Positions 1-9,261 of a stretch of DNA of 64,000 nucleotides are shown in pieces. How positions within the stretch are numbered: position 1 is the first letter of the stretch; every line of letters starts with the position of its first letter. The translations under genes were made by a program, and so were the position numbers. This stretch comes from Nemertoderma westbladi (lineage: Eukaryota > Animalia > Xenacoelomorpha), in the NCBI GenBank assembly GCA_032718475.1, contig JAUCBJ010001183.1:1-64000 (forward strand), written 5' to 3'. The notes beneath the pieces were generated by a model. It did not search any database and was not told the origin of the DNA. It was given only the letters and a program-made list of their open reading frames with translations.

Positions 1-182
1 GTCAAATTATTGCATTACATGCATAACAACCACGGGGTCACCACGGGTTGATCACCACGGGGCTGAACTGACTTTTTGTCAAAAAAAATTTCCCCGGAGA
101 TTTTGACAAGTTTTTTGAACTCCATTTCGCTTTGCTTACGAGAAAAAATCATTTGAAAAAATAAATGTCGATGTCCTGGTTC

Positions 183-200
183 ATAGATAGATAGATAGAT
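183..200. repeat. (ATAG)n microsatellite, ~4.5 units
   Basis: atagatagatagatagat read directly. Confidence 0.85.
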
Positions 201-400
201 TTATTTATACATTATGTAAAAACAATAACAAATACACCAAACAATGTACCGGTATAAAGGTATTGTCCAACATAACATATAGGATTACCCCTAAAGCTTT
301 GCAGCTTATTTCCAAGGGGGTCCTTTATGTTACTTGGTTACAAATACAATATTACACTACGCTAACCTAAAACCAATATAAAACGTAATTACACTATGTA
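183..400 (-). mobile_element. Probable 3' end of a non-LTR retroelement (CR1/L2-group-like) with AATAAA plus (TCTA)n tail
   Basis: The minus strand ends ...aaataaatctatctatctatctat (183-206). Upstream is a stem-loop-like segment ggacccccttggaaataagc...gctttaggggtaatcc (282-323) that resembles CR1/L2-group 3' UTR motifs from memory. The 5' boundary is approximate. Confidence 0.35.
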
Positions 401-723
401 CATGTACAACTTTACCGAGTTCAGAATCATTCGGCCTCATTTCCAGACTGTCCGGTTTCTGACACGTTTCCGAAGGTCCAATTTCCCCGGGCATTTTGGT
501 CAATTATTACAAAAATTCAAAAATACAAACAAAACTAAACATGCATAAGTATTATTAACTAGTCCTATTTACTACATTATTGCTCTTTGGCGTCATTTTT
601 CTGCATTCACTAATCAGGGGGGCAGGGTGCAGCAATGCAGAAAGCCATAGTACGTATGTACTGCTGTATAATCAGGATGCATATACCGATATCATAAAAC
701 ATAGCATAATAAAACCAAGATAG

Positions 724-773
724 CTACGCCATCTAGCGGGCCATAGGCGTAGGGCTTATGGTGATACTACACA
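724..773 (-). repeat. Start (U3 end) of the 3' LTR; 50-bp perfect inverted repeat of 4670-4719
   Basis: The minus strand reads TGTGTAGTATCACCATAAGCCCTACGCCTATGGCCCGCTAGATGGCGTAG directly after the PPT. This is identical to plus-strand 4670-4719. Confidence 0.85.
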
Positions 774-785
774 TACCCCTCTTTA
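774..785 (-). promoter_or_regulatory. Polypurine tract (plus-strand primer site) of the Gypsy element
   Basis: Minus strand taaagaggggta|TGTGTAG: a purine run ending 2 nt before the TG, ~70 nt downstream of the pol stop. Confidence 0.75.
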
Positions 786-853
786 GGTGGGGTGGGGTTG
801 GCGTAGCGCCTCAAAACAAATAGTTTATAAACAATTTAATGCTGAGTTACGGG

Positions 854-1075
854 TTACTCTAGTTTGTTATACTCGCTGTTCGAGTAACGTAAGGGCGGTT
901 TTATTATTCTCCCCGACCTAGTCTGGATCGGAGGGGTAACCGGTTGTGGGGCTGGCTGTGGCCTGGCGGCCATTTCAGCCCACGTTGGCTGTGGTAGGGC
1001 CGGTGTCGGAGGTGCCACTGGCTGCCTCGGTGTCTCTGGTTGAGGGGGGTCGCCCTGTGGTGGGGTCGGGGGCAC
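854..1075 (-). pseudogene. pol: Pol C-terminal Pro-rich tail, after a frameshift near 1075-1090
   Basis: Ends TRSGRIIKPPLRY, a motif typical of Mag/K02A2.6-like pol C-termini. The stop codon lies just before the PPT. Confidence 0.7.
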
Positions 1076-1761
1076 TCCGTAGTGAAGTGGCGCTGCCGGA
1101 GTAGAACGCAGTTCCGGCGGAGTACGCGGCCACTTGTCTGTCGGACCAGGTAGTCGTGGTTGGGGAGGCCCTCAGCGATGGTTCCCTGGCCAGTCCAGCG
1201 TTTGGTTGTCGGGTCCTGGATGAGGACTGGTGTCCCAACCGGCATAGCCTTAAGGCTGCGTGCGTGGTGGTCGTAATTTGCCGCGAGCTGGTTTTGATTG
1301 GTCGCGGATGTGGCGTCGAGCTCTGTGAAGGTCTTTTGCCACTTGGGATCAAACGCGGTGAAGTGGACGGGTAGGGCCTCCCTGACGTTGCGGCCGTATA
1401 AAAGTTCCGCCGGGGAGCAGCCGCCGTAACGCGAGGTGTTGCGGAAGGCGAGGATGCCCTTTGCGATCTCGTCGGAGTTGTGGCGCGCCCCGCGGACCAA
1501 CTTCTTTAGTGCTTTGACGGCTGCTTCGGCGCGGCTGTTGGTGCGCGGTAGGTAGGGCGTAGAGGGCTCCAGTCGGACACCCCAGTCGGACAGGAATGAC
1601 CGGACGGCGTCGGACACCAGCTGGGGCCCGTTGTCTGGACGGATAACGGTCGGTACCGCAGTAGCCAAGAAGAGGCGGCGGAGGCAGTCGATTATTACTG
1701 GGGAGGTTGAGTTCTGGCCGAGTTTATAAAGGGTGGGCCAGCCGGTGAATTCGTCGGTCAA
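1076..1761 (-). pseudogene. pol: Integrase catalytic core (rve) and C-terminal domain
   Basis: DEFTGWP..., PTVIRPDNGPQL (second D), STPYLPRTNSRAEAAVK (E), FRNT...SPAELLYGR, GRVLRRN. Confidence 0.92.
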
Positions 1762-3067
1762 TTATGTCGGTGTGTACTCTTTGAAATGGGCGGGTGGCGT
1801 CCGGGTTCAGTTGGAGTGGCTCGGGTGGGTGCGATGGGAGGGCTGCCTGACAGGGTTGGCAGCGCTCGACCGTCTGTTTGATGTCGTTGGGTATGGAGGG
1901 CCACCAGACGGAGCGACACGCCCTCTCCCGAGTTTTAGTGAGTCCCTGGTGGGCAGCGTGGAGTAGCCGGAGCGTCTTGGGACGGAGTTCGACGGGGATA
2001 TAGAGCTGGGGCCCGCGGAGAATGACTCCATCGTGCACCATCAGCTCCGAGCGGAACTGGAAGTAGGGCCGCAGCTGGTCGTCGGTGACGTTGTGTTTGG
2101 ACGTCGGCCAGCCGTCCCGGATGGTGGCGAGGAGTGCGCGGTACACGGGGTCGCACTGCCCGGCCTCCCGGATCTGGTCAAACTGCGCATCCCGAGATTC
2201 GACCGATGGGGTGGCGGCGGATGCGGCGACGGCCGCGGAGACGATAAACTCCCGGTCGGCGTCATCTTCCGGGGTGAGGAGGATGTCTTCGGAGGTTGGG
2301 GAGTTCCGGGGGGCGCGGGAGAAGGCGTCGGCGATTACGTGTTTACTGCCGCGTTGGTGGCGGGCGGTGAAGTTAAAGCGCGACATCAACATCTTTAACT
2401 TCAGCAGCCGATCGTTGCTGACCTGGTCCAACCGGCGGTCGTTCAGGATGGGGATCAGGGGGCTGCTATCGGTGATGAGCTTGAAGTGGCGTAGCCCGTC
2501 GAGGAAGTAGCGGCACTTGTGGGCTGCCCACGCAGCGCCAAGGGCCTCCAGTTCCACCATCCCCGACCAGTTGGCCTCGTGTGTGGCCAGGGTGCGCGAG
2601 CCGCACTGGACGGTGCACCAACGGTTGGCGTCGGAGTCCCACTGGCGGAGGAGAAACCCGAGGCCGTTCAGTCGGGAGGCGTCCGTCAGCAGCTCGGTTC
2701 GGCGGTCCGGGTGGAACCCCGACAGGTAGTGCGGACTCGACAGGGTTGACCGGGTCGCCTCGAACGCAGCCTGGTGTTGGGGGAGCCAGACCCAGGAGTT
2801 GAGGTTCGAGTTTAGCAAACGGAGCGGGTCGACGAGTCGGGTTATCTCCGCCGTCGAGTTCCCGAGCTGCTGGGCGAGTCCGAGGAACGAGCGGAGCTGA
2901 CGGCGGTTCGTCGGGACCGGGAAGTAGCGGAGGTCGTCGGAGAGGGCCGGGTCGATCCGGTAGCGGCCGTGGGAGACCAGGTAGCCGCCGAACCGGACCT
3001 CGGCCTGTTTGAACTGGACCTTCGCCGTGTTTATGGAGATCGACGAGGCGTCGCAGGCAGCCAGGAT
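1762..3067 (-). pseudogene. pol: RT C-terminus/thumb, RNase H and integrase HHCC zinc domain
   Basis: One open frame reading KVQFKQAEVRFGGY...PTNRRQLRSFLGL..., TDASRLNGLG, ELEALG, LITDSSPL, ADAFSR, LHAAHQG...WWP...CQPCQ, PFQRVHTD (first D of DDE). Confidence 0.93.
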
Positions 3068-4669
3068 GGCAGCCAGGCAGCCACCGCCTCGGAGTGCTCC
3101 TCCGCCGTGTCGGTGTAGATAATGATGTCTTCAACGATCCTCCCGATGTTTGGGATTCCTCGGAGGGCTTTATCCATCCGGGCATTGAAGACATCAGAGC
3201 TACCATGCCAACCCATCGGCATCCGGCGGTAGCGGAACCGGCCTCGTGGCGTCACAAAGGTGGTCAGTCGGCAACTGGAGGAGTCCAACCCGACCTGGTG
3301 GAAGCCCTTGAGGCCGTCGAGCACCGAGAAGACGCGGGCGGACGTTGGGATCCGGGAGACGACCTGGAAGGGAGCAGCGGAGTAGTAGGTGGGACGCACG
3401 GTGGCCTTATTGAGTTCCCGGAGGTCTACCGTGATCCGCACCTTGGTGGCGTCCTTCTTTTTGGTGACCACCATGGGGCTGAGCCACTCGCCGGGGTTCC
3501 GCTCGTCCGCGGAGGGCTCGAGGATTCCCATGGCGACCTGCTCATCCAGCTCGCGGTTGAAGGCGGCCTCGAGGTTGATGGGGACGGCGCGGTTCGCGTA
3601 GGAGATGGTGGGCCGGGCGCCCGGGTGGAGTTTGATTGTAATATCCCCCCCGGACATTACGCGGCATTTCCCCGATAGGGGGCGGGGGAAACGCTGTTGT
3701 AGGGCCGCCCAAGCCGCGGTGTTGGTGTTGGTTGGCACCGTGGATGGCGGCGTGGGTGGTTCCAGGGGCGGCGGGGTTGCCTCCTCCCTGGGCGCCGATA
3801 GCGGGGGCGCGATCATCTGGTAGGACCGTGGGGTGCGGCCGGGGGGCGGAGGTGGGCCGTCGGAGTAGCGGCCGCCACGGAGGATCGGGCTCTGGAGGAT
3901 GGCCAGCAGGAAACAGGCCTTCCTCGACAGTAGCGGCTGCTGCAGCCCGTCGATGACCCACACATCCGTGGTGCAGGCAGTGTGGAGGGCGGGGCACTGG
4001 AGGGTCGCAGTGAAGATCCCGATCACTGTCCACCCGGAGTGGCACCCGTTGGCCAGTCGCGGCGCTTTGGGGGGCGGTTGGGTGGTCCGGAGGTTCTCCG
4101 TCATCCCGCCGAAGGAGCGGAAGGTGGGGAGCGGGAGCGCGGTGATGTTCGCTCCAGAGTCGGGGAGGAACTGTGCCGCTGCGATCCCGAAGTTCGGGTT
4201 CTTCGTCACCTGGAACCCGATGGTGACGGTCTCCAGAGGCTCCAGGGACTCCATGGCCGAGACGATGGGGGCGTCTTCCAGTTCGGCGCCCGCCAGGATG
4301 GACCACACCTCGGCGCGGTTCGCCGTGGTGCATGAGTCGTCGGCGGGGCCGGTGGCAGCGTGGGCGCGCGGTTCGCCGGAGTTGGTCGGGCACATCCGGT
4401 CGTAGTGCCCAGTCGTGCCGCAGTTGCGGCACGTTGCCTTTATTCCCGGGCACGTCTTTCCGGCCGGGTGCGGTGTGTTTCCGCACTGGCGGCAGAGGGT
4501 GGGCGGTTGAAGTTGGTTGCGGCGGTTGTGGGTGCGCCGGCCTCCCGGCGTCGGAGCAGGGTGGGTCGCCACGCTGCGGGATGCGGTGGCCTTGGGGGTG
4601 GCGGTGTTGAAGGAGGCGGCGTCCTTCCGCGCCATCCAAACGGATTGGGCCCGCCTGAGAGCGTCGGAG
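3068..4669 (-). pseudogene. gag-pol: Gag C-terminus (two Cys/His knuckles), aspartic protease and RT core in a single frame
   Basis: CRQCGNTPH...C and CRNCGTTGHYDRMC knuckles; protease FLPDSGA and LLSRK; RT motifs WLSPMVVTKK, VRITVDLRELN, LDGLKGFHQV, FRYRRMPMG, IVEDIII. The frame stays open upstream of the ATG (SDALRRAQSVW) up to the hairpin. Confidence 0.93.
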
Positions 4670-4740
4670 TGTGTAGTATCACCATAAGCCCTACGCCTAT
4701 GGCCCGCTAGATGGCGTAGGGCTTATGGTGATACTACACA
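4670..4740. repeat. Perfect 71-nt hairpin (28-bp stem, 15-nt loop) beginning TG and ending CA, forming the element's 5' end
   Basis: tgtgtagtatcaccataagccctacgcc (4670-4697), loop tatggcccgctagat (4698-4712), ggcgtagggcttatggtgatactacaca (4713-4740). Confidence 0.95.
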
Positions 4741-5117
4741 TGCATTATATATAGATTTTTCTGTATTGACGAATTACCCCATTGATTTTCTCAACTGTTT
4801 TGAAGTGCATGTCACTTTATTTCTTAATGAAATCTGATAAAATTTTTTTTAAATATTGTTTATGTCCGGATTCAGAATTGTCTTGGCAGAGTTCCGGACA
4901 TGGCTGACCCCAAACCGGACACCTGTCTCTTCAGTCTAAACAATGTAACAATTGGACATCGACCGTTTTTCTTTGTTTTTTGTACTCAGATGACTAATAG
5001 TACCTCAAATATAGTTTCAGACATTTTAGGGGAATTATTTACTGTCCGGTTGTATAACTTTGTTATTAGCGATCAAAAGTTAGAAGACGTCAGACAACTC
5101 GTTAATGGTACCCCTAA

Positions 5118-5158
5118 GGGGGGGGGGGGGGTTGGGGGGGTAGGGGGGGGGGGGGGGG
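5118..5158 (+). repeat. Interrupted poly-G tract (G-quadruplex-capable)
   Basis: Three long G runs separated by tt and ta. Confidence 0.8.
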
Positions 5159-5289
5159 ATCTCAAATGCAAAATTGATTACCAGTGGATGCAAACGTTTT
5201 TTCGCTAGTTTTTTTAGATCCAATGTCCTGTTTAAAAGAGGATAATTGTTTTAAAAAATTGGATATTTATTTGTATTGGAAATATAAGA

Positions 5290-5470
5290 GGAAACTCCAG
5301 TACTCGTTTAGCTACCATTTAAGGATCCAAGGCAGAGATGCGCCCCGGTTAGTCCCTTTAAAGCATTCGTGCCAAAACGAAAACTCCCCTGGCACCCTTA
5401 CCGGGATCGAACACACGACCTTCAAAGAGATGTTAATTCAATTCAACGGATTTAACCACTATACGTGTCG
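5290..5470 (-). mobile_element. Degenerate tRNA-derived SINE
   Basis: The minus strand has an A-box-like gtatagtggttaa (5464-5452) and a B box gttcgatcc (5412-5404) with tRNA-like spacing. There is no closing acceptor stem, and a non-tRNA body follows. Boundaries are approximate. Confidence 0.55.
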
Positions 5471-6754
5471 AATAAATTAACTATAAGTCTAAATAGTTAA
5501 TGTCTAATAGTGTTGAATGTATTTCTTTATGGACCACAGCCAATATGGGATTGAACATAATTATTCAATAATATGTATGTATACCACCGTTATTGAGTTC
5601 ATTTATGTAATTTGTCTTTATGGAATATACATTGAACTTAGAAATAGTTCTGTAATATGTATTCATTCATGAATGATGTATTATTGATGGAACGAACGTG
5701 CTTAAATTTTGGATATAATTATGTAATATCGGAAATAAATATGCAACATATGCCTTTATGTAGTTTGTATATTTATGTAATATGTTCATATGGAGTATAC
5801 ATTGAGCTTGGATATATTTATGTATGCCATTATAGATTATGCATGAAATATGTATTATGGAACATTAATGCGCCCGAATTAATTATGTGTAATAAATCTT
5901 CATCCTTCAATAAAATTATTAATTATGTAATGCGTGTGAGCTAACGTACTAAAACGTACCCAATAAAACTAAATTTTACATAAAAAACAATGCAACCATA
6001 AATCACTTGACATCACTCGAATGGGAATAGCGTGAAACTTTTTGATATTTTTTATGACGATACACTATAAAACACGAGAATAAAGAAAAAGTTTTCTTCT
6101 TTCAAAATAATTAATAAAAACATTTTTATATTTGCAAAGCATATAATTCATCTTCTAATATACTGCAAAATGTTCTAGAACAACAAGTTTTATTTTTACA
6201 TTGTTACTTTTTCGATCGAATATACCCCAAAATTTACCCATAGGATTGCATAGATTTTACTTTTTTCCCGGTAAAAAAAAATCAAATAAAATATTTTGCT
6301 GGAATTTCTTAACTTTAATTGAATACTTGACTTGTGTTGAGAGAGCATTGAAGTAAAAAAGGTTTGCATGTAATTTGAGCAAAATCCATTCACACACTCA
6401 AAAGTTATTGCAACTTTAGTGTCAGCAAGGAACTCAATATTTAATGTTGGTTTATAAAGTTAAGCGGCTCTCTAGTTACGTAATAAATATTTTAGCATAT
6501 CAAATTATTAAACATTGAATAAGGCAACATTTGCTGTTGAAGATACAATAATTAACTAACGCATTAACTATGGAATCAAAATAGTTTAATATTAGTTGTA
6601 ATACAGTAATAATAAAGGTAGTAAGTAAAAATAATACTATTATTTTTACTCATTTATATTTGCGTGATTCCATTATTGTACCCTCACTACATTTGGTAAA
6701 TGACTATTTTTTTTGATAAACTAATCAAGAAATCGATTTATGTTTCTATTTCAG

Positions 6755-6826
6755 GATGATGGCATACTCATTGCTTTTCGAAAGAGTTATCGAAGTAGAA
6801 AAGATGTGCAAAAGTGCAGTGTTTAG
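6755..6826 (+). other. Candidate 72-nt exon of an unidentified host transcript
   Basis: Branch-like actaat (~6720), acceptor tgtttctatttcag|, donor AG|gtaatt. One frame is open across it (MMAYSLLFERVIEVEKMCKSAVF). No homology recognised. Confidence 0.35.
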
Positions 6827-7164
6827 GTAATTTGAGTAAAATCAATCCACCTTTCCAGCGTGTGTTAATAATAATATATTCATTATAATTAGACTACTGA
6901 ACTTGGATAACAAACGAAATTGTTTCTATTTCAGAATGGCTGCATAGCATACTCTCAATACTTATTTGCTGCAATAAGTTACTGATCCACCGATAACATT
7001 GCATCAGGTATTTCAAACACTTAAAGTTAAGTCTATGATTCAATTGACTATTGATTATATGATTCGATTGAAGGAGAACCGCTCCCTCACTCCAACACTG
7101 CAACGCAGTACAACTTACAGTACTAAACATTTTTGGTAACGACACCATACCCCCCTTAACCTTC

Positions 7165-7310
7165 GTATGGGTAACTGGAAGTACACACGGATGTTATACA
7201 GTATAACTTTTTGTAAAATAGATAATTAATTAATTAACTGACGCGAGAAAATGTTAACTTTTGTATAGGTAACTGGAAGGACACACAGACGTTATACAAT
7301 AGTATCACTT
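7165..7310 (+). repeat. Diverged ~45-bp direct repeat pair (7165-7210 and 7263-7310)
   Basis: gtatgggtaactggaagtacacacggatgttataca versus gtataggtaactggaaggacacacagacgttataca. Confidence 0.8.
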
Positions 7311-7328
7311 ATTGAACGTTTTCTTTGG

Positions 7329-8320
7329 TACTACTACTACTACTAGGTCGAGCGAACTCGTACAGTGGAAATGAGATCCTTCCAGGCTTCCCGATTCTCC
7401 ATAGTTGTCGCAATTTCGTTTCTGACAAGTTCAGTATCCCTTTCAAGTTGATCTACAGTATATATGTTATGGCCGGTCGTCGACGACTACGCTTTCCATT
7501 GGTTGGTTGCCAGAAAGGTAGATCTGGTATGACCTCGTCTTTACTTCGCCAGCAGTAGTGCCCACTGAATCTTAATCTGCGTTCACGGAGGGTGGTTGAT
7601 ACAGGTGGTATTGTACCATAAAGCTCGGCGTTTGTCATGTGTTGTCTCCAGCTGATGTTTAGGACCACCCTTAGTAGTCTTGTGTAGCAACCATCAATTC
7701 GTTCAACAAGTGATTTACTCAGTGTCCAGGTCTCACCCCCGTATAAAAATACACTTTCCACTGTGGGTCTAAATAACTTAGTCTTCATGTGTCTGGAGAG
7801 ATCTGATTTCCAGATGGTATCCTTTTTTGATAGAGCTTCCCAAGCCTTTGCTTTCCTAACTTCTAAGTCATTTTTGCTACTCTCTATCCATGATCCAAGG
7901 TACTGGAAGTCGCTGACCTTCCTTAGTTGATTATTATCAATGGTTATCAAGTTTCCATCAACATTAAAGGTCATGAATTCGGTCTTGGTAGCATTTATAT
8001 GCAATCCAACCTCATTAGCAGCCCTCTCCACTTTATTTAGTAGAAGCTGTGCATCTGCTAGCGTATTCGAGAGCAGGGCGATGTCATCCGCAAAGTCGGT
8101 GTCTGTGACTGTAGTTGCCGGATATCTACTACTTCTGCGTTCTTGAAGTATGAATCCCAGATCTTTACCGTCCTCATTGCGTAATCCAGCAAAATTACAA
8201 ATAGTAATGGTGCTAATGTGCCACCTTGCAGTACGCCAGCCAGGAATGAGATAAACTCAGTTTCACCATCTGGTGAGAGTACCTGCGCTTCTGTGTCACA
8301 ATATAACAATCCTATGCCAG
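7329..8320 (-). mobile_element. 5'-truncated RTE-clade LINE (RT fragment, degenerate) with (TAG)n tail
   Basis: GVLQGGTLAPLLF, a frameshift near 8170, then TDTDFADDIALL, GLHINATKTEFM, DFQYLGSWI, FLYGGETWTL, RRLRFSGH and GKRSRRRP. The 3' end is a short tagtagtagtagtagta tail (7329-7346), as is typical of RTE elements. Confidence 0.9.
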
Positions 8321-8425
8321 CAACAATTAATTCTATACAAATTCTGGCTCACCCAGCAAGGAGGAGGGAGATGAAACTATCTGTTTCAAATTTCATGGAA
8401 TCTCATTAAGATTTGTAGATAAATT

Positions 8426-8447
8426 GGGGGGTGGGGGGGGGGGGGGG
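8426..8447 (+). repeat. Poly-G tract
   Basis: G6-t-G15 read directly. Confidence 0.8.
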
Positions 8448-8690
8448 CGCATATAAGACCCTATATTCCAGGATATGGTGTATATTACGCAAGTCGTTTT
8501 ACAATTCTGTTTTATTACCATAGCAACGGCATTGGATTTCTGGAATTTGTTAATGAGTCAAACTAATGACTACTGTGTGCGATAATCATAAAGAGGTTCC
8601 ATTAAAAATCATAAATCCGTTCACGATTTAGAGCACAATATCTTTTTAGTCCCATGGAGTCTCCATTGGATTAGTCTCCATGGAAACTTT

Positions 8691-8721
8691 GGGCCTTTCC
8701 CGTGGGCCTTTCCCGTGGGCC
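8691..8721 (+). repeat. 13-bp tandem repeat (gggcctttcccgt), ~2.4 copies
   Basis: gggcctttcccgtgggcctttcccgtgggcc read directly. Confidence 0.75.
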
Positions 8722-9261
8722 AGTTACCGAGTCATACAAGTCCGCATTAGAAAATTTTAAACTCAATGTCATTAATGATACGTTACGAACGTGCAGTTAA
8801 GGCATTTTCAGACTTTCTTAGTTCTGCCAAGACAAAAGACCATTTTCAATGGTCTTTAAAGTAAAGTAAATAGTTGAAGATGATAGAAAACGTCAACCCA
8901 ATAAATTAGGTATCACATAAACTGAATTTTTTTTGTATTTAAATATACTGTACTAACTATGTAGTATGGTTGATTTTATATTTACTAATGTGCCATAAAC
9001 ATTTAATGAATGCAATAATTGTGATTTTTATAAAATAGAATCTGCAGTGCAAGATAAAATTGGAATGCTCCTTTTTTATGATTGTGGTCAGTGCAGCTGC
9101 TGGACAGCATATGCCTACTTGCTCTAATATATGATATAATCAATGTAGTTTTGTTTGGAAAGATATCATGCAGCATATCATTTGAAAGATAATTGCAAAT
9201 TAAATATTAATACTGCACCGTATTCGGGCGCATCGCGAGAAGCATATCGATCGCGCAATAT

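Larger units (their letters stand above)
724..4740 (-). mobile_element. Defective Ty3/Gypsy LTR retrotransposon (Mag/K02A2.6-like), 5'-truncated in gag, with atypical termini
   Basis: Domain order is zinc knuckles-PR-RT-RNaseH-IN, the Gypsy order. A polypurine tract precedes a TG-starting terminal repeat at 773. GC content rises sharply relative to the flanks. The left boundary is a minimum, since the 3' LTR may extend further left. Confidence 0.93.

Noticed and set aside
4440-4685. ATG inside the hairpin as a new start codon for the truncated gag-pol
   Set aside because: It is 50 nt upstream of the ATG at 4635 and therefore out of frame, and it stops at 4440.
975-4710. Numerous overlapping alternative-frame and antisense ORFs within the Gypsy element
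   Set aside because: These are shadow ORFs expected in GC-rich coding DNA. They show no recognisable motifs, while the pol frames carry all conserved domains.
724-4740. DIRS, Ginger, Polinton or parvovirus identity suggested by the inverted/hairpin ends
   Set aside because: There is no tyrosine recombinase, PolB or Rep/NS1. PR-RT-RH-DDE integrase plus a PPT is plain Ty3/Gypsy.
449-4921. 10-bp inverted match tgtccggttt (449-458) / aaaccggaca (4912-4921) as TIRs of an enclosing DNA transposon
   Set aside because: The match is too short, does not extend and has no TSD. Similar tccgg words recur nearby.
5395-5470. Functional tRNA gene
   Set aside because: A- and B-box-like motifs are present, but I could not form a cloverleaf or acceptor stem. 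A degenerate SINE head explains it better.
4900-7148. Short ORFs at 4900-5208, 5184-5480, 5657-5944, 6196-6393 and 6894-7148
   Set aside because: They are low-complexity AT-rich or poly-G-derived translations with no recognisable domains.
7329-7346. RTE (TAG)n tail as the source of the satellite's agtagtag segment
   Set aside because: Only a trinucleotide-level resemblance in opposite orientation, with no flanking homology.
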